Origin: a virus
Taxonomy: Duplodnaviria > Heunggongvirae > Uroviricota > Caudoviricetes
DNA length: 64,000 nt
Virus record (IMG/VR): IMGVR_UViG_3300043399_000700
Reading direction: 5' to 3' (one strand)
This document shows, one piece after another, positions 1-10,208 of this stretch. The position numbers were made by a program, and so were the translations under genes. How positions within the stretch are numbered: the first letter of the stretch is position 1; the number at the start of each line of letters is the position of its first letter. A model generated the notes under the pieces. The model worked only from the letters and a program-made list of their open reading frames with translations. It searched no databases and was not told where the DNA came from.

Positions 1-462
1 TTTAACACGCCATAAGTGCGGCAACCAAGTTTGGCTAAAACCTTCGGAAGCAAAAGCAGCATCTTGAATTACATAATATTTTGGAAGTGCTTTTGGAATC
101 GCTTGATTAAGAGGATTGTAATCTCGTAAGTTTGGCAATTCTAATACGTCACCGGCCATGAGTTTACGACCAAACTCGGCAATCATTTTGTTATAGTGGA
201 ATGTAATAAACAATGTATCATTGTTCAAAAACAATCCAAACTGACTTAGATCAAAGTCGATGTCTTGTTGGTTATATACACCGCGCATAACATAAACGTT
301 ATCATCGTAAACACGATCTCGGTTTTCGATTAGTAATAAATCTTCAACAAACAGCGGATTCTCATATGAGTATGCTGGTTGCGTAACATCGTTGGTAGTA
401 TCTTTGGGCTTTGGACCAAGATATTTGTGTACATAGAGGTCGACGCCGCCAACCTGATACAT
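1..462 (-). CDS. Partial CDS running off the left edge; hypothetical (possibly structural) protein. Met codon at 462-460; the frame stays open upstream to 549.
   Basis: Uninterrupted minus-strand reading frame from the window start to a Met at 462-460 (MYQVGGVDLYVHKYLGPKPKD...HLWRVK). It is absent from the ORF track because it is truncated by the window edge. Confidence 0.4.
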   Translation of the reverse strand, partial: MYQVGGVDLYVHKYLGPKPKDTTNDVTQPAYSYENPLFVEDLLLIENRDRVYDDNVYVMRGVYNQQDIDFDLSQFGLFLNNDTLFITFHYNKMIAEFGRKLMAGDVLELPNLRDYNPLNQAIPKALPKYYVIQDAAFASEGFSQTWLPHLWRVK

Positions 463-535
463 TTCGGCAATAGTGCGATCTAAAAAACGGTAGTCATTTT
501 GACGATTCGGGCGGTATAAAGAAAGGCGAGGAATT

Positions 536-1216
536 TTAATTCTCCTTTGCTAATTTTTTAGCAAGTTTATTTTTTTGCATAACAGCAGTTCGATGGGCGA
601 TTTCTTCTGTAGTCATCTTATACCCAAATCTCCCATTTTTGCTGCCGACACATTTTCTTTTCTCGATATGTTCGGTCGTTTGTTTTCTACCTTTAGTCGC
701 AATACTTTGTTTTTCTCGAGACTCTGCTGATCTTGTTTTACCGATCCTTGCTGCTGTTAATTTGGCAATATGTTCGGCTGTTTGTTTTCTTCCAAACAGA
801 GGACTTAATTCCCCGCGCCGACCGTACATAGGATTATTTTCCCCTTTAAACTTCTCGCTTTTAATTTTAGATCCGGTAGTTTTAATGTTCTCAAAAATTC
901 TTCCTGTTATTTTATAACGTTCTTGTCCGGTCCGTTCTCTGTATAACATACAACTAAATGCATTCCAAAGTTGATATTTTTGTTTACCAGACGATACCAT
1001 TTTGGTTAATAACCAATGAGCAATAAAATGCTCACGTGCTGTTAGATTAACTAAGTTATTGGGTTCGTCTGACCCCCCTAAACAACGTGGAATAATATGA
1101 TGTTTTTCGGTGTAAATATCATGTGACAATACCCTAATTAACGAACGGTTAACTAGTTGATTATACCACATAGAGTACTTGTTGTTTTCGAATATCATAA
1201 ACATATTTATCGGCAC
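536..1216 (-). CDS. HNH homing endonuclease with C-terminal NUMOD-like repeats
   Basis: HNH motif HHIIPRCLGGSDEPNNLVNLTAREH. Repeated GRKQT(A/T)EHI(A/E)K modules resemble NUMOD3 DNA-binding repeats. Antisense to its neighbours. Confidence 0.8.
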   Translation of the reverse strand: MPINMFMIFENNKYSMWYNQLVNRSLIRVLSHDIYTEKHHIIPRCLGGSDEPNNLVNLTAREHFIAHWLLTKMVSSGKQKYQLWNAFSCMLYRERTGQERYKITGRIFENIKTTGSKIKSEKFKGENNPMYGRRGELSPLFGRKQTAEHIAKLTAARIGKTRSAESREKQSIATKGRKQTTEHIEKRKCVGSKNGRFGYKMTTEEIAHRTAVMQKNKLAKKLAKEN

Positions 1217-1245
1217 TTGACTATAAAATTTTTAACCTGTATAAT
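1217..1245 (+). promoter_or_regulatory. sigma70-type promoter: TTGACT, 17-nt spacer, TGTATAAT
   Basis: -35 TTGACT at 1217-1222 and -10 TATAAT at 1240-1245, with exactly 17 nt between them, just upstream of the 1276 ORF. Confidence 0.6.
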
Positions 1246-1275
1246 TGACCGTATAAGTTAGTGCATGGAGAGCAT

Positions 1276-2421
1276 ATGAACGCAAAACCCAAAAAAACAG
1301 TAAAAATGCTGATGCCCAAAACCGCAGATGTAAAGTACACAGGTTTAGAGCCCGAATGGCCACAGATGCCTGACGCAGAAAAACGCCGTGGTGCAATGCT
1401 GAGCACCTTCAATTGGTACAACTACCATTATGGTAAAAAGGAAGCCAAGGAGTTTATTATTAGTTGGCTCGAACATCACGATCGTAGCAAGGACGCCAAA
1501 GCATTTAAAGCAGTACCTGAGCAAAATATCAGTTTGCCAGTGGCTTGGCTGTGCCGTATGAACGAAGTAGGTTTTGTGTTTAACGATGATGATCAAGCAA
1601 GTGTGGACAATTCGATTGCCGCCCTTATTGGTGCCAACAAAGCTGTTAAAAAAATAGTTGAAGCAGCAGAAACTGCGGCGCCGCGTGTAACTATTCAAGA
1701 TAGACTACGCGAAAAAGCCTTAGAATGTGCTGGCGAAATGGAAGGATTGTTTGATGAGTTTATGACTGCCGGATACAAAATGTCAGCAGACTACAAACCT
1801 ATTGTTGTAATTCGCAGCATGAATATTAGTCCGCAGCATGTTGGCGTGGTTGCTGAGTCGTTTAAAGCACGTTTATCGGAGATAGAAGAAGTTATTCTAG
1901 GTAAAGATGAACAACTACTAGAAGGCTATTCACATCTTAGCAAGGCACAACTTAAAAATATTGTTAAATTCTGCGAAACTGTAATCGGTGATTGCGGCAA
2001 CTATGTACAAATTAAAAAAGTTGAACGCAAACCACGTGCTAAAAAGGCAGTGAGCCCAGAAAAGCAAGCCAGCAAGTTTAAGTACCTTAAGGAATTTGCT
2101 GAACTTAAACTAACATCCGAGCATCCTGCTAAACTTGTCAACGCCAGTGAAGCATGGCTTTACGACACTAAAAAGCGTAAACTAATCCATGTGGTTGCTG
2201 ACCAACACGCAGGTACGTTTAGTGTTAAGAACTCGAGCATTATTGGGTTTGACACAGGTCAAAGCACACAAAAGACCTTGCGTAAGCCAGCAGAACAAAT
2301 CAAAGCACTAATGTCCAGTGGCAAACCTGCTGCTCGTAAAACTTATAAAGATATCAAGGCCACAGAAGTTAAGTTTAACGGACGTAGCAACGAAAACCTG
2401 ATCATCCTAAGGGCCTACTAA
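1276..2421 (+). CDS. Hypothetical protein
   Basis: Long ORF. GGAG lies 6 nt before the ATG at 1276. The track start at 1261 has no ribosome-binding site. Confidence 0.6.
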   Translation: MNAKPKKTVKMLMPKTADVKYTGLEPEWPQMPDAEKRRGAMLSTFNWYNYHYGKKEAKEFIISWLEHHDRSKDAKAFKAVPEQNISLPVAWLCRMNEVGFVFNDDDQASVDNSIAALIGANKAVKKIVEAAETAAPRVTIQDRLREKALECAGEMEGLFDEFMTAGYKMSADYKPIVVIRSMNISPQHVGVVAESFKARLSEIEEVILGKDEQLLEGYSHLSKAQLKNIVKFCETVIGDCGNYVQIKKVERKPRAKKAVSPEKQASKFKYLKEFAELKLTSEHPAKLVNASEAWLYDTKKRKLIHVVADQHAGTFSVKNSSIIGFDTGQSTQKTLRKPAEQIKALMSSGKPAARKTYKDIKATEVKFNGRSNENLIILRAY

Positions 2422-2459
2422 TTCATAAATACTGGGGTACACAAACGGAGTATCCCAGT

Positions 2460-3299
2460 ATGGCAGGCTTTCCAAACCCTAACGGTCAAAACACAGGCGC
2501 AAACCCTAAAGTTGTTTTAACTGATCAACACAACAACATACCAACCCCTACGCTCGATTCGCTCAAGCAAAGTTTAATTGAGTATGTTCGCCTACAACTT
2601 GGCGATCAGATCATTGACCTTGAATTAGACCAAGCACACTATGAAGCAGCATATCAAAAGACCTTGGGTACATATCGTCAACGTGCACAAAACGCTTACG
2701 AAGAAAGTTATAGTTTTTTAACTATGATCCAAGACGTAAACGTTTACACATTACCATCCGAAGTTCAAACCGTTAGACAAGTTTTTCGACGCACGATAGG
2801 AAACATGAATGGCCCGTTTAGTACTAGTTTCGATCCTTTTAGTTCAGCAACACTTAACACTTACCTACTTAACTACAACTACGCGGGTGGCCTGGCAACC
2901 TACGATTTCTACACTCAGTATGTAGAACTTGCTGCTCGTATGTTTGGTGGGTTTATTAACTACACTTGGAATCCGGTTACCAAACAACTTCAACTAATGC
3001 GAGATCCAAAGGGCTACGGTGAAGTTATTTTAATTTGGTCGTATAACTTAAAGCCAGAAATTACGCTATTAAGTGACTTCTTGATTGTACAATGGTTCCG
3101 TGACTACATGACAGCCGCTTGTAAGATGATAATTGGCGAAGCACGTGAAAAGTTTGCTAGTATTGCTGGTCCACAAGGTGGTACAAGCCTAAATGGTGCT
3201 GCTATGAAGTCTGAAGCACAAGCCATTATGGATAAGTTAATTGAAGATCTCAAACTATACGTCGACGGATCGCAGCCTCTAACTGTTGTAATTGGCTAA
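2460..3299 (+). CDS. Hypothetical protein
   Basis: 279-aa ORF with phage-like codon usage and a GGAG-like ribosome-binding site. Confidence 0.55.
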   Translation: MAGFPNPNGQNTGANPKVVLTDQHNNIPTPTLDSLKQSLIEYVRLQLGDQIIDLELDQAHYEAAYQKTLGTYRQRAQNAYEESYSFLTMIQDVNVYTLPSEVQTVRQVFRRTIGNMNGPFSTSFDPFSSATLNTYLLNYNYAGGLATYDFYTQYVELAARMFGGFINYTWNPVTKQLQLMRDPKGYGEVILIWSYNLKPEITLLSDFLIVQWFRDYMTAACKMIIGEAREKFASIAGPQGGTSLNGAAMKSEAQAIMDKLIEDLKLYVDGSQPLTVVIG

Positions 3300-3308
3300 T
3301 TACACAGG

Positions 3309-3337
3309 TTGACCTAAAATTCGGATTTTGCTATAAT
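3309..3337 (+). promoter_or_regulatory. Early-type sigma70 promoter: TTGACC, 17-nt spacer, TTTGCTATAAT (extended -10)
   Basis: TTGACC 3309-3314 and TATAAT 3332-3337 with a 17-nt spacer. Same architecture as the three promoters at 32870-33443. Confidence 0.7.
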
Positions 3338-3366
3338 ACAAACTTAGCAAACTTCTGGAGATTAGC

Positions 3367-3897
3367 GTGGCATCACATTTAATGATTGATATTGAGGGTT
3401 TGGCCACAGGCCCAGATGCTACCATTTTAACTATTGCTGCCCAAAGTTTTGATCCGTTTGGTGCGGGTTATTTGGATCGTCATTACTACGGTCGGGTTAC
3501 GACCGAAAGCCAAGAGAACCGAGCGATTGACGAAGGCACAGTAGCTTGGTGGGCTACGCAGCCTGACGAAGCCCGCGAAGAAGCACTAGGCGACGGGCCC
3601 GATCGTGTACCGCTTAAACAAGCATTAGAAGATCTTTATAAAATTGCTTGGCAGCACGATTTTATTTGGGCACAAGGGCCAACATACGATTGTAATATTT
3701 TAGAACACGCATTTAAGTCGTATAATATGGTGCTGCCTTGGAAGTTTTATCGTGTACGTGATAGCAGAACTGTAATTAGTTTATGGCCTGACTGTCCAAA
3801 GCCTCCTACAACTCACCATGCACTCGAGGATGTGCGTAAGCAAATTGATTTGCTACAAAAGACATTAAATCATTTGGGTGTCACAGACATCAGATAA
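3367..3897 (+). CDS. dexA: DnaQ/DEDDh-family 3'-5' exonuclease (T4 DexA-like), GTG start
   Basis: N-terminal MIDIEGLATGPDATILTIAAQSFDP (Exo I-like; compare T4 DexA IIDFET...AVIAFDP). C-terminal HHALEDV (Exo III H-x4-D). Confidence 0.7.
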   Translation: MASHLMIDIEGLATGPDATILTIAAQSFDPFGAGYLDRHYYGRVTTESQENRAIDEGTVAWWATQPDEAREEALGDGPDRVPLKQALEDLYKIAWQHDFIWAQGPTYDCNILEHAFKSYNMVLPWKFYRVRDSRTVISLWPDCPKPPTTHHALEDVRKQIDLLQKTLNHLGVTDIR

Positions 3898-3922
3898 TTA
3901 CTGCACAACTCGGAGAAAACAT

Positions 3923-4582
3923 ATGATCATTGGAATTTGTGGTTTTATTGGTAGTGGTAAAGATACAATAGCGGATTACTTAACTACTGAACACGGATTC
4001 CGACGAGACAGTTTTGCAGCAACACTTAAAGATGCGATTTCAATGATCTTTGGTTGGGACCGTGATCTACTAGAAGGGCGCACAAAATACAGTCGTGAAT
4101 GGCGCGAACAGCGCGACGAATGGTGGAGCGAACGCCTAGGGCGAGAAATTACACCACGTTTGATGTTACAGTTATGGGGCACAGAAGTTTGCCGTCGCGG
4201 GTTTCATAATGATATTTGGGTAGCAAGTTTAGAAAACAAAGTTCGTCAATCCAAGGACGATGTTGTTATTAGTGATTGCCGCTTTCCTAATGAAATTCAA
4301 GCAATCCGCAATCAAGGCGGTATTGTTATTCGTGTTGTTCGCGGACCAGAACCCGAATGGTATAAATCAGCACTAGATTATAATGCTGGTTTACAACGTT
4401 GCGGATGGGCACTGGGCAAAGACGCACTTGAAAAAGCAGGTGTACATGCTAGTGAATATTCTTGGGTAGGAACCGACTTTGATTATGTACTAAATAACAA
4501 CGGTTCAGTTGATGACCTATATCGCCAGGTTAGCGATCTTCTTCAAGGTCTCCACGCCGCCAAGGTAAGTCGAGCCGCGTAA
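3923..4582 (+). CDS. Deoxynucleoside monophosphate kinase (T4 gp1-like P-loop kinase)
   Basis: MIIGICGFIGSGKDTIADYL P-loop is typical of phage dNMP kinases. GGAG lies 6 nt before the ATG at 3923. Confidence 0.7.
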   Translation: MIIGICGFIGSGKDTIADYLTTEHGFRRDSFAATLKDAISMIFGWDRDLLEGRTKYSREWREQRDEWWSERLGREITPRLMLQLWGTEVCRRGFHNDIWVASLENKVRQSKDDVVISDCRFPNEIQAIRNQGGIVIRVVRGPEPEWYKSALDYNAGLQRCGWALGKDALEKAGVHASEYSWVGTDFDYVLNNNGSVDDLYRQVSDLLQGLHAAKVSRAA

Positions 4583-4880
4583 CTTCTACTGTACAGTTTA
4601 AGCAAATACTCTTTAAGTTATTTAGATTGCTGTTATTAAGATTGCCGTCGACATGATATACTAATGTTTGCGCAGTATGTTTTGCTCTAAACCCACAGCG
4701 ATCACAAACTAACTTCTTTTTATAACCAGCAAGTTGCCATCGAGGCTTTGCTGGTTTTTGTTTACGGCCACGTCGAATACATGGATCGCATTTTGATCTA
4801 TAGTACACACGGCCGTATTTGTGGTAAGCAATAGCACGAGGCCTTGTATTACAAACGCTGCATAAAGGACGTTTTTCCAT
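4530..4880 (-). CDS. Small Cys-rich HNH-type endonuclease-like protein
   Basis: HVDGNLNNSNLNNLKSICLNCT (H-DGN-N-N HNH core) plus several CxxC pairs. Antisense between the kinase and the sheath gene. Confidence 0.55.
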   Translation of the reverse strand: MEKRPLCSVCNTRPRAIAYHKYGRVYYRSKCDPCIRRGRKQKPAKPRWQLAGYKKKLVCDRCGFRAKHTAQTLVYHVDGNLNNSNLNNLKSICLNCTVEVTRLDLPWRRGDLEEDR

Positions 4881-4978
4881 ATAGGTATTTAAGCAAAACC
4901 TATATGTAGGTGCCTGTAACCACCCTGTTTTACCTGGTTCCGCTAAATATTAACAGCACTTTATAAAGGACCACAAAC

Positions 4979-7900
4979 ATGGCACTAGTTTCCCCAGGCG
5001 TACAGGTATCGATCATCGATGAATCAAATTACCTACCAGCCCCAATTAATTCAGTTCCGTTTATTTTATTAGCCACAGCACAAAATAAAGTAAGCGGTAG
5101 CGGTGTTGGCGTTGCAGCCGGCACTACCGCAGCTAACGCTAACAAGGTTTACTTAATCTCTAGTCAGCGCGATCTTGCTGCAACCTATGGTAATCCATTT
5201 TTCTATAAGACCTCTGCAGGTCAACCAATCAACGGTTACGAACTCAACGAGTACGGCTTACTTGCTGCTTACTCAGTTTTAGGTATTAGCAACCGTGCTT
5301 ATATTCAACGTGTAGACATTGATCTTGCTGAACTAGTCGGTAGTTTAACTCGCCCAACTGGAGAACCAAACAATGCCACATACTGGTTAGATACAGCCTC
5401 GACCGAGTGGGGCATTTTTGAATGGAGCTACACAACTAATGCATTTGCACTAAAAACTCCATTGGTTATTACTAGCTCAGACGATTTAAGTTCTGGAGTA
5501 CCTTTAGCATCTATCGGCAACATTGGTGATTATGCTGTTGTTACTGTTGGCTCAACTGCTGGTTCAGTTACAAGTAACCCAGTGTACTTTAAGTCTCCTG
5601 GTTTAACTGTGCCTGTAGTTGGCGGCACTCAAGAAATTGTTCCTGCTAACACTTGGGTTTTAGTAGGTAGCGACGAATGGAAGTTATCGTGGCCAACTGT
5701 AATTGGCACTGAGACTAATCCTGCATTTGTAGCCGGCAATAATTTCAACATTAATAAAGTATTGATTACTATTCCTGCTGACACTAGTGTTGAGGGTCTT
5801 GCCACCGAAATTAACGATGGTTTCCACTCAGACTTACCTGGTGTTTATGCTAATGTTGTTAATGGCAAACTAAACATTTATGCTAATAGTTTAGCATCGA
5901 ATGATGGTTCAACTGCTGACGGTAACGGCATTGTTGACTTAGAAGTTGGCAACACCGGTACTCCGTTAACTACAGCAGGTATCGTGCCTAATCTATATTA
6001 TGCTCCAGTTGTTCAACAAAGTCCAAACTATCAAGTTCCACAGTGGCGTTCGACTAGCCCACAACCACATCCAACCGGTTCTGTTTGGAATAAGACAACC
6101 AATGTTAACAACGGTGCAAACCTAGTTGTTAAGAAATACAGTTCAACACTAGGTTCGTGGATTACACAAAACTGCCAAATTTATGCTAACGATGCTTCTG
6201 CAAACAAAGCACTAGATCCAGCAGGCGGTGGCCGCAACATTGCAGCCGGTTCAACTTACGCACAGTATGATATAAATCAGGATAACACATTCACTTTACA
6301 ATTATTTGAGCGTGTTGCTTCTGGTCCAACAATTGTTACCGGCGATAACTCGAACCCATCATTTACCAATGGTAATCAATTTACAATCTCTTGGAGTGTT
6401 AAGAACTCTAACACAATGACCACACCAGTTACTGCTACACTTACTGGCACAACTGCTGCTGATTTTGCTGCTGCATGGTCTGCTGCTGTTGGTCCTAATA
6501 GCATTGTTACTTGTGCAGTTACAAGCACAGGTGCAATTCAAATTCAACACACTCAAGGTGGTGTAATTTATCTAGCAAACGTCGGGGTTGACACAGCACT
6601 ATTAGATGCAGGATTAAACAACACAGTTGTTGGCATTCGTGACGGCATTGGCGGTGAACTAGTTGTATCAGACTGGGTACTATTTGATTACACACCATCT
6701 GCTGCATCACCAGACCAAGATCCACAAGACGGTCGCAACTGGTATTATAGTGCAGTTGATCAAGTTGATATTATGATCAACAATGGCACTAGCTGGGTTG
6801 GCTACCAAACACTAAGCAGTGATGTTCGTGGTTTCAACTTAACACAAACTGACCCTGCTGGTCCGATTGTTAGCTCAGTGACACCAACTAAACAAAGTGA
6901 TGGTACAGATTTAGTTTACGGCGATCTATGGATTGATACTAGCGATTTAGAAGTTTATCCAGTTATCAAACGCTGGGAAAGCATTGCTGGTCAAGATCAG
7001 TGGGTGTTAATCGACAACGGCGATCGTACAACAGAAAACGGTATCTTGTTTGCTGATGCACGTTGGGCGCCAAACGGTGACACAGATCCTATTATGGATC
7101 CAATTCCAACAATTACCAGTTTACTAGTTAGCAGCTACTTAGATTTAGATGCTCCTGATTCAGCACTATATCCAGCTGGTACATTGTTATTCAACACACG
7201 CCGCAGCGGATACAATGTTAAGAGCTTCCAAGTTAACTACTTCAATGCAACTGACTTCCCAGATCAGTCATTGCCTACTGTAACTAACACATGGGTTAGC
7301 GTTTCTGGTTACATGGACAACGGTGCTCCATTTATGGGTCGCAAAGCAGTTCGTTCAATGGTAGTTGCTGCAATGAAGGCAGGCATTGATGCAAATCAAG
7401 AACTACGTGAAGAACAACGTCAGTTTAATCTAATTGCTGCACCAAATTACCCAGAACTAATGCCTAACATGGTTGCTCTAAATAACGAGCGCAATGATAC
7501 AGCATTTGTGGTTGGTGACTCGCCAATGCGTTTACCAGACACTGATACAGCTATTATTGTTTGGGGTACTAACGCATCAGGCGAAGGTAACGACAACGAA
7601 GATGGTCTAGTAACACATGACCCATACCTAGGTGTTTTCTATCCAAGTTGCCAAACAACCGATCTAAGTGGTTCAACAGTAGTACAACCACCGAGCCACA
7701 TGATGTTACGTACAATCATCCGTAACGACGAAGTGGCATTCCCATGGTTAGCACCAGCCGGTACACGCCGTGGTATTGTTGACAACGCATTCCAGTTAGG
7801 TTATGTAAATGGTCAAACTGGTGCTTTCGTACCGACAGCAGTACGTCAAGGTCTACGTGACACATTATACGAAAACCAAATCAACCCAATTACATATCTA

Positions 7901-8302
7901 CCAGGCGCTGGTATTGTTAACTACGGTAACAAGACTACTGCTGCTACAACAAGTGCAATGGATCGCATTAACGTAGCACGTTTAATCGCTTACTTACGTG
8001 GTCGACTACAAGCAATTGGTGCAAACTATGTATTTGAACCAAACGATCAGATTACACGTGATCAGATCACCAACGCTGTTTCTGGATTACTAAATGATCT
8101 AGTTACCAAGCGCGGTATTTACGACTACCTAGTAGTTTGTGATTTAAGCAACAACACCCCAGAGCGCATTGATGCTAATGAACTATGGGTCGATATTGCT
8201 ATCGAACCAGTCAAGGCTGTAGAATTCATCTACATTCCAGTTCGTATCAAGAACACTGGCGAGATTGCAGCAGGTCAAGTTGCTACAGCAGCTACAGTTT
8301 AA
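4979..8302 (+). CDS. Contractile tail sheath protein (T4 gp18 family, enlarged to 1107 aa)
   Basis: N-terminus MALVSPGVQV matches gp18 MTLLSPGIEL. The C-terminal block DRINVARLIAYLRG...YDYLVVCDLSNNTPERIDANE matches the gp18 C-terminal DRINVRRLFNML...YEYRVVCDTTNNTPSVIDRNE. Confidence 0.9.
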   Translation: MALVSPGVQVSIIDESNYLPAPINSVPFILLATAQNKVSGSGVGVAAGTTAANANKVYLISSQRDLAATYGNPFFYKTSAGQPINGYELNEYGLLAAYSVLGISNRAYIQRVDIDLAELVGSLTRPTGEPNNATYWLDTASTEWGIFEWSYTTNAFALKTPLVITSSDDLSSGVPLASIGNIGDYAVVTVGSTAGSVTSNPVYFKSPGLTVPVVGGTQEIVPANTWVLVGSDEWKLSWPTVIGTETNPAFVAGNNFNINKVLITIPADTSVEGLATEINDGFHSDLPGVYANVVNGKLNIYANSLASNDGSTADGNGIVDLEVGNTGTPLTTAGIVPNLYYAPVVQQSPNYQVPQWRSTSPQPHPTGSVWNKTTNVNNGANLVVKKYSSTLGSWITQNCQIYANDASANKALDPAGGGRNIAAGSTYAQYDINQDNTFTLQLFERVASGPTIVTGDNSNPSFTNGNQFTISWSVKNSNTMTTPVTATLTGTTAADFAAAWSAAVGPNSIVTCAVTSTGAIQIQHTQGGVIYLANVGVDTALLDAGLNNTVVGIRDGIGGELVVSDWVLFDYTPSAASPDQDPQDGRNWYYSAVDQVDIMINNGTSWVGYQTLSSDVRGFNLTQTDPAGPIVSSVTPTKQSDGTDLVYGDLWIDTSDLEVYPVIKRWESIAGQDQWVLIDNGDRTTENGILFADARWAPNGDTDPIMDPIPTITSLLVSSYLDLDAPDSALYPAGTLLFNTRRSGYNVKSFQVNYFNATDFPDQSLPTVTNTWVSVSGYMDNGAPFMGRKAVRSMVVAAMKAGIDANQELREEQRQFNLIAAPNYPELMPNMVALNNERNDTAFVVGDSPMRLPDTDTAIIVWGTNASGEGNDNEDGLVTHDPYLGVFYPSCQTTDLSGSTVVQPPSHMMLRTIIRNDEVAFPWLAPAGTRRGIVDNAFQLGYVNGQTGAFVPTAVRQGLRDTLYENQINPITYLPGAGIVNYGNKTTAATTSAMDRINVARLIAYLRGRLQAIGANYVFEPNDQITRDQITNAVSGLLNDLVTKRGIYDYLVVCDLSNNTPERIDANELWVDIAIEPVKAVEFIYIPVRIKNTGEIAAGQVATAATV

Positions 8303-8320
8303 CAGTCGTTAAACATAGAA

Positions 8321-8349
8321 AATTGGGGCTTAGGCCCCAATTTTTTTTG
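8321..8349 (+). terminator. Rho-independent terminator after the sheath gene
   Basis: GGGGC-TTAG-GCCCC hairpin followed by AATTTTTTTT. Confidence 0.7.
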
Positions 8350-8391
8350 GCCTCAGAGATAATAAATAATAGCATAATAGGAGATTACCAA

Positions 8392-9009
8392 ATGGCCGTT
8401 TCATCATTAACAAAAATGACAGTACCTTTAGCTAGTGACCAATCGAGTCCTACTCAAGGCCTGTTAATGCCAAAACTAAAGTATCGCTTCCGCGTTACTT
8501 TCTTAAATCTTGGCGTAAGCCAACCTACAACTGAATTAACTAAGCAAATTATGGATGCTACTCGTCCAAGCGTTAGTTTTGAGGAAATCGTCCTTGATAT
8601 CTATAACAGCAAGGTAAAACTAGCTGGTAAGCATTCATGGGAAGATTTAACAATAAACGTTCGTGACGATGCCGGCGGCCAAGTTACTAAGTTAGTTGGT
8701 GAACAGTTACAAAAGCAATTCGACTTCATGGAACAAGCAAGTGCTAGTTCGGGTATTGATTACAAATTTACTACAATCATTGAAATTCTTGATGGTGGTA
8801 ATGGCACATCAACCCCAACGGTTCTTGAAACTTGGGAAGTTTATGGTTGCTATCTAACATCAGTTAACTATAACGACTTAAATTACGGTGAAAGCGCACC
8901 AGTTACTATCACAATGAATGTCAAATTTGACAATGCACTACAAAGCCCAGTTGGCGCTGGCGTTGGTGCCGTTGTTGGTCGTACACTTGGCGACGTTGCA
9001 ACTGCTTAA
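8392..9009 (+). CDS. Tail tube protein (gp19-like)
   Basis: About 205 aa, directly after the sheath gene, with AGGAG 7 nt before the ATG at 8392. Positional and compositional similarity to the T4 tube protein. The track ORF start at 8185 overlaps the sheath gene and has no ribosome-binding site. Confidence 0.6.
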   Translation: MAVSSLTKMTVPLASDQSSPTQGLLMPKLKYRFRVTFLNLGVSQPTTELTKQIMDATRPSVSFEEIVLDIYNSKVKLAGKHSWEDLTINVRDDAGGQVTKLVGEQLQKQFDFMEQASASSGIDYKFTTIIEILDGGNGTSTPTVLETWEVYGCYLTSVNYNDLNYGESAPVTITMNVKFDNALQSPVGAGVGAVVGRTLGDVATA

Positions 9010-9020
9010 TAGGACTTTTT

Positions 9021-10205
9021 ATGTCGTGGGGTAATGACTTTTTACAAGGCGTTGGTGCGGGCTTTTTACAGACTGCGTATCTTAAAGATTACACCCATGC
9101 TAGTAAGACATTCGTAAGTGATAATTACGCACTAGCCCCACGATACAAATTCTTATTCAGCGTTTATTTTACGCTTAATACTGTAGAGATTCCTCAACTA
9201 GCACAGGTGTTTAGTTCGGGAGATCGTTACAACATTGGTATTATGGTAAAGAATATTCAGTTACCTAGTTACCAAATGGATGTTGAAGAAATGAATCAGT
9301 ACAATCGCAAACGTCTGATTCAGAAAAAGGTTAATTATCAGCCTGCAAGTGTCGTATTTCACGATGACGGCAATGATTTAATTCGTAATCTTTGGTATAA
9401 CTATTTTGCTTATTACTACAAAGACCCAGCACAAGACTATTGGATGACAGCTACCAATGGTTCGCTGGGTCAAAGTGGTACAGGCGATCCTAAGTATAAT
9501 TACAACGGCCGTGATATTTACAATGATGTGCGCACTACTAACGACTGGGGCTATATTGGCGAAAGTTATTGGGATGGCACAAGTAGTTACAGCGGTAAAC
9601 CACCGTTTTTCAAAGACATTACAATCTTTGGTTTAAACCAACATCAATTTGCAGCATACACAATGATTAATCCATTGATCACTGAATGGCGTCATGACAC
9701 CTATGACTATTCAGAAGGTGGTGGTACAATGGAACACAACATGACTATTCGTTATGAAACAGTTAAGTACTACCAAGGTAGTTTAACTGGATCGTATCCT
9801 GATCGCAATGCCAAGGGCTTTGCTGACCCAGCACACTACGATACAATTAAAAGTCCGCTTGCTCGAGGCGGCAGTACTCGCAGCGTCCTTGGTCCTGGAG
9901 GTGCGGTTGATACCATTGGTGGTATTATTAGCGATTTACAAAGTGGATCGGTTCTTGGACTTATTGGGGCGGCACAAAAAGCAGACGCCGCAAATCAAAC
10001 TTGGAAGGGTGCTAATTTAAAGAGTGTTGTGACCAACGAAGCACAATTGCTTGCACAGAATGTTATACGTAGTAGCTCGTTTTCGGGCGGTGTACGCCAA
10101 GCAGCTAACTATGCTGACGGATTCTTTTTCCCAAAAGTACCTGCAAATTCAGTAAATATTAATCCAACGCTGGTTAACCCAGCAACACTAAAACCAACAC
10201 CGTAA
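9021..10205 (+). CDS. Hypothetical tail/baseplate-associated structural protein
   Basis: 394-aa ORF immediately after the tube gene. Confidence 0.45.
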   Translation: MSWGNDFLQGVGAGFLQTAYLKDYTHASKTFVSDNYALAPRYKFLFSVYFTLNTVEIPQLAQVFSSGDRYNIGIMVKNIQLPSYQMDVEEMNQYNRKRLIQKKVNYQPASVVFHDDGNDLIRNLWYNYFAYYYKDPAQDYWMTATNGSLGQSGTGDPKYNYNGRDIYNDVRTTNDWGYIGESYWDGTSSYSGKPPFFKDITIFGLNQHQFAAYTMINPLITEWRHDTYDYSEGGGTMEHNMTIRYETVKYYQGSLTGSYPDRNAKGFADPAHYDTIKSPLARGGSTRSVLGPGGAVDTIGGIISDLQSGSVLGLIGAAQKADAANQTWKGANLKSVVTNEAQLLAQNVIRSSSFSGGVRQAANYADGFFFPKVPANSVNINPTLVNPATLKPTP

Positions 10206-10208
10206 ATT

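Noticed and set aside
1221-1698. Minus-strand ORFs 1221-1421 and 1345-1698
   Set aside because: They overlap the promoter and the 5' end of the + strand gene at 1276. Cys/Phe-rich nonsense translation.
6359-6725. Minus-strand ORFs of 65 and 68 aa inside the tail sheath gene
   Set aside because: They are fully embedded antisense in a well-supported 1107-aa gene. The Cys/Ser-rich low-complexity translation is a typical spurious reverse frame.
8185-8391. Upstream extension of the tail-tube ORF to 8185 (track start)
   Set aside because: It overlaps the last 118 nt of the sheath gene and the terminator hairpin. A canonical AGGAG ribosome-binding site precedes the ATG at 8392 instead.
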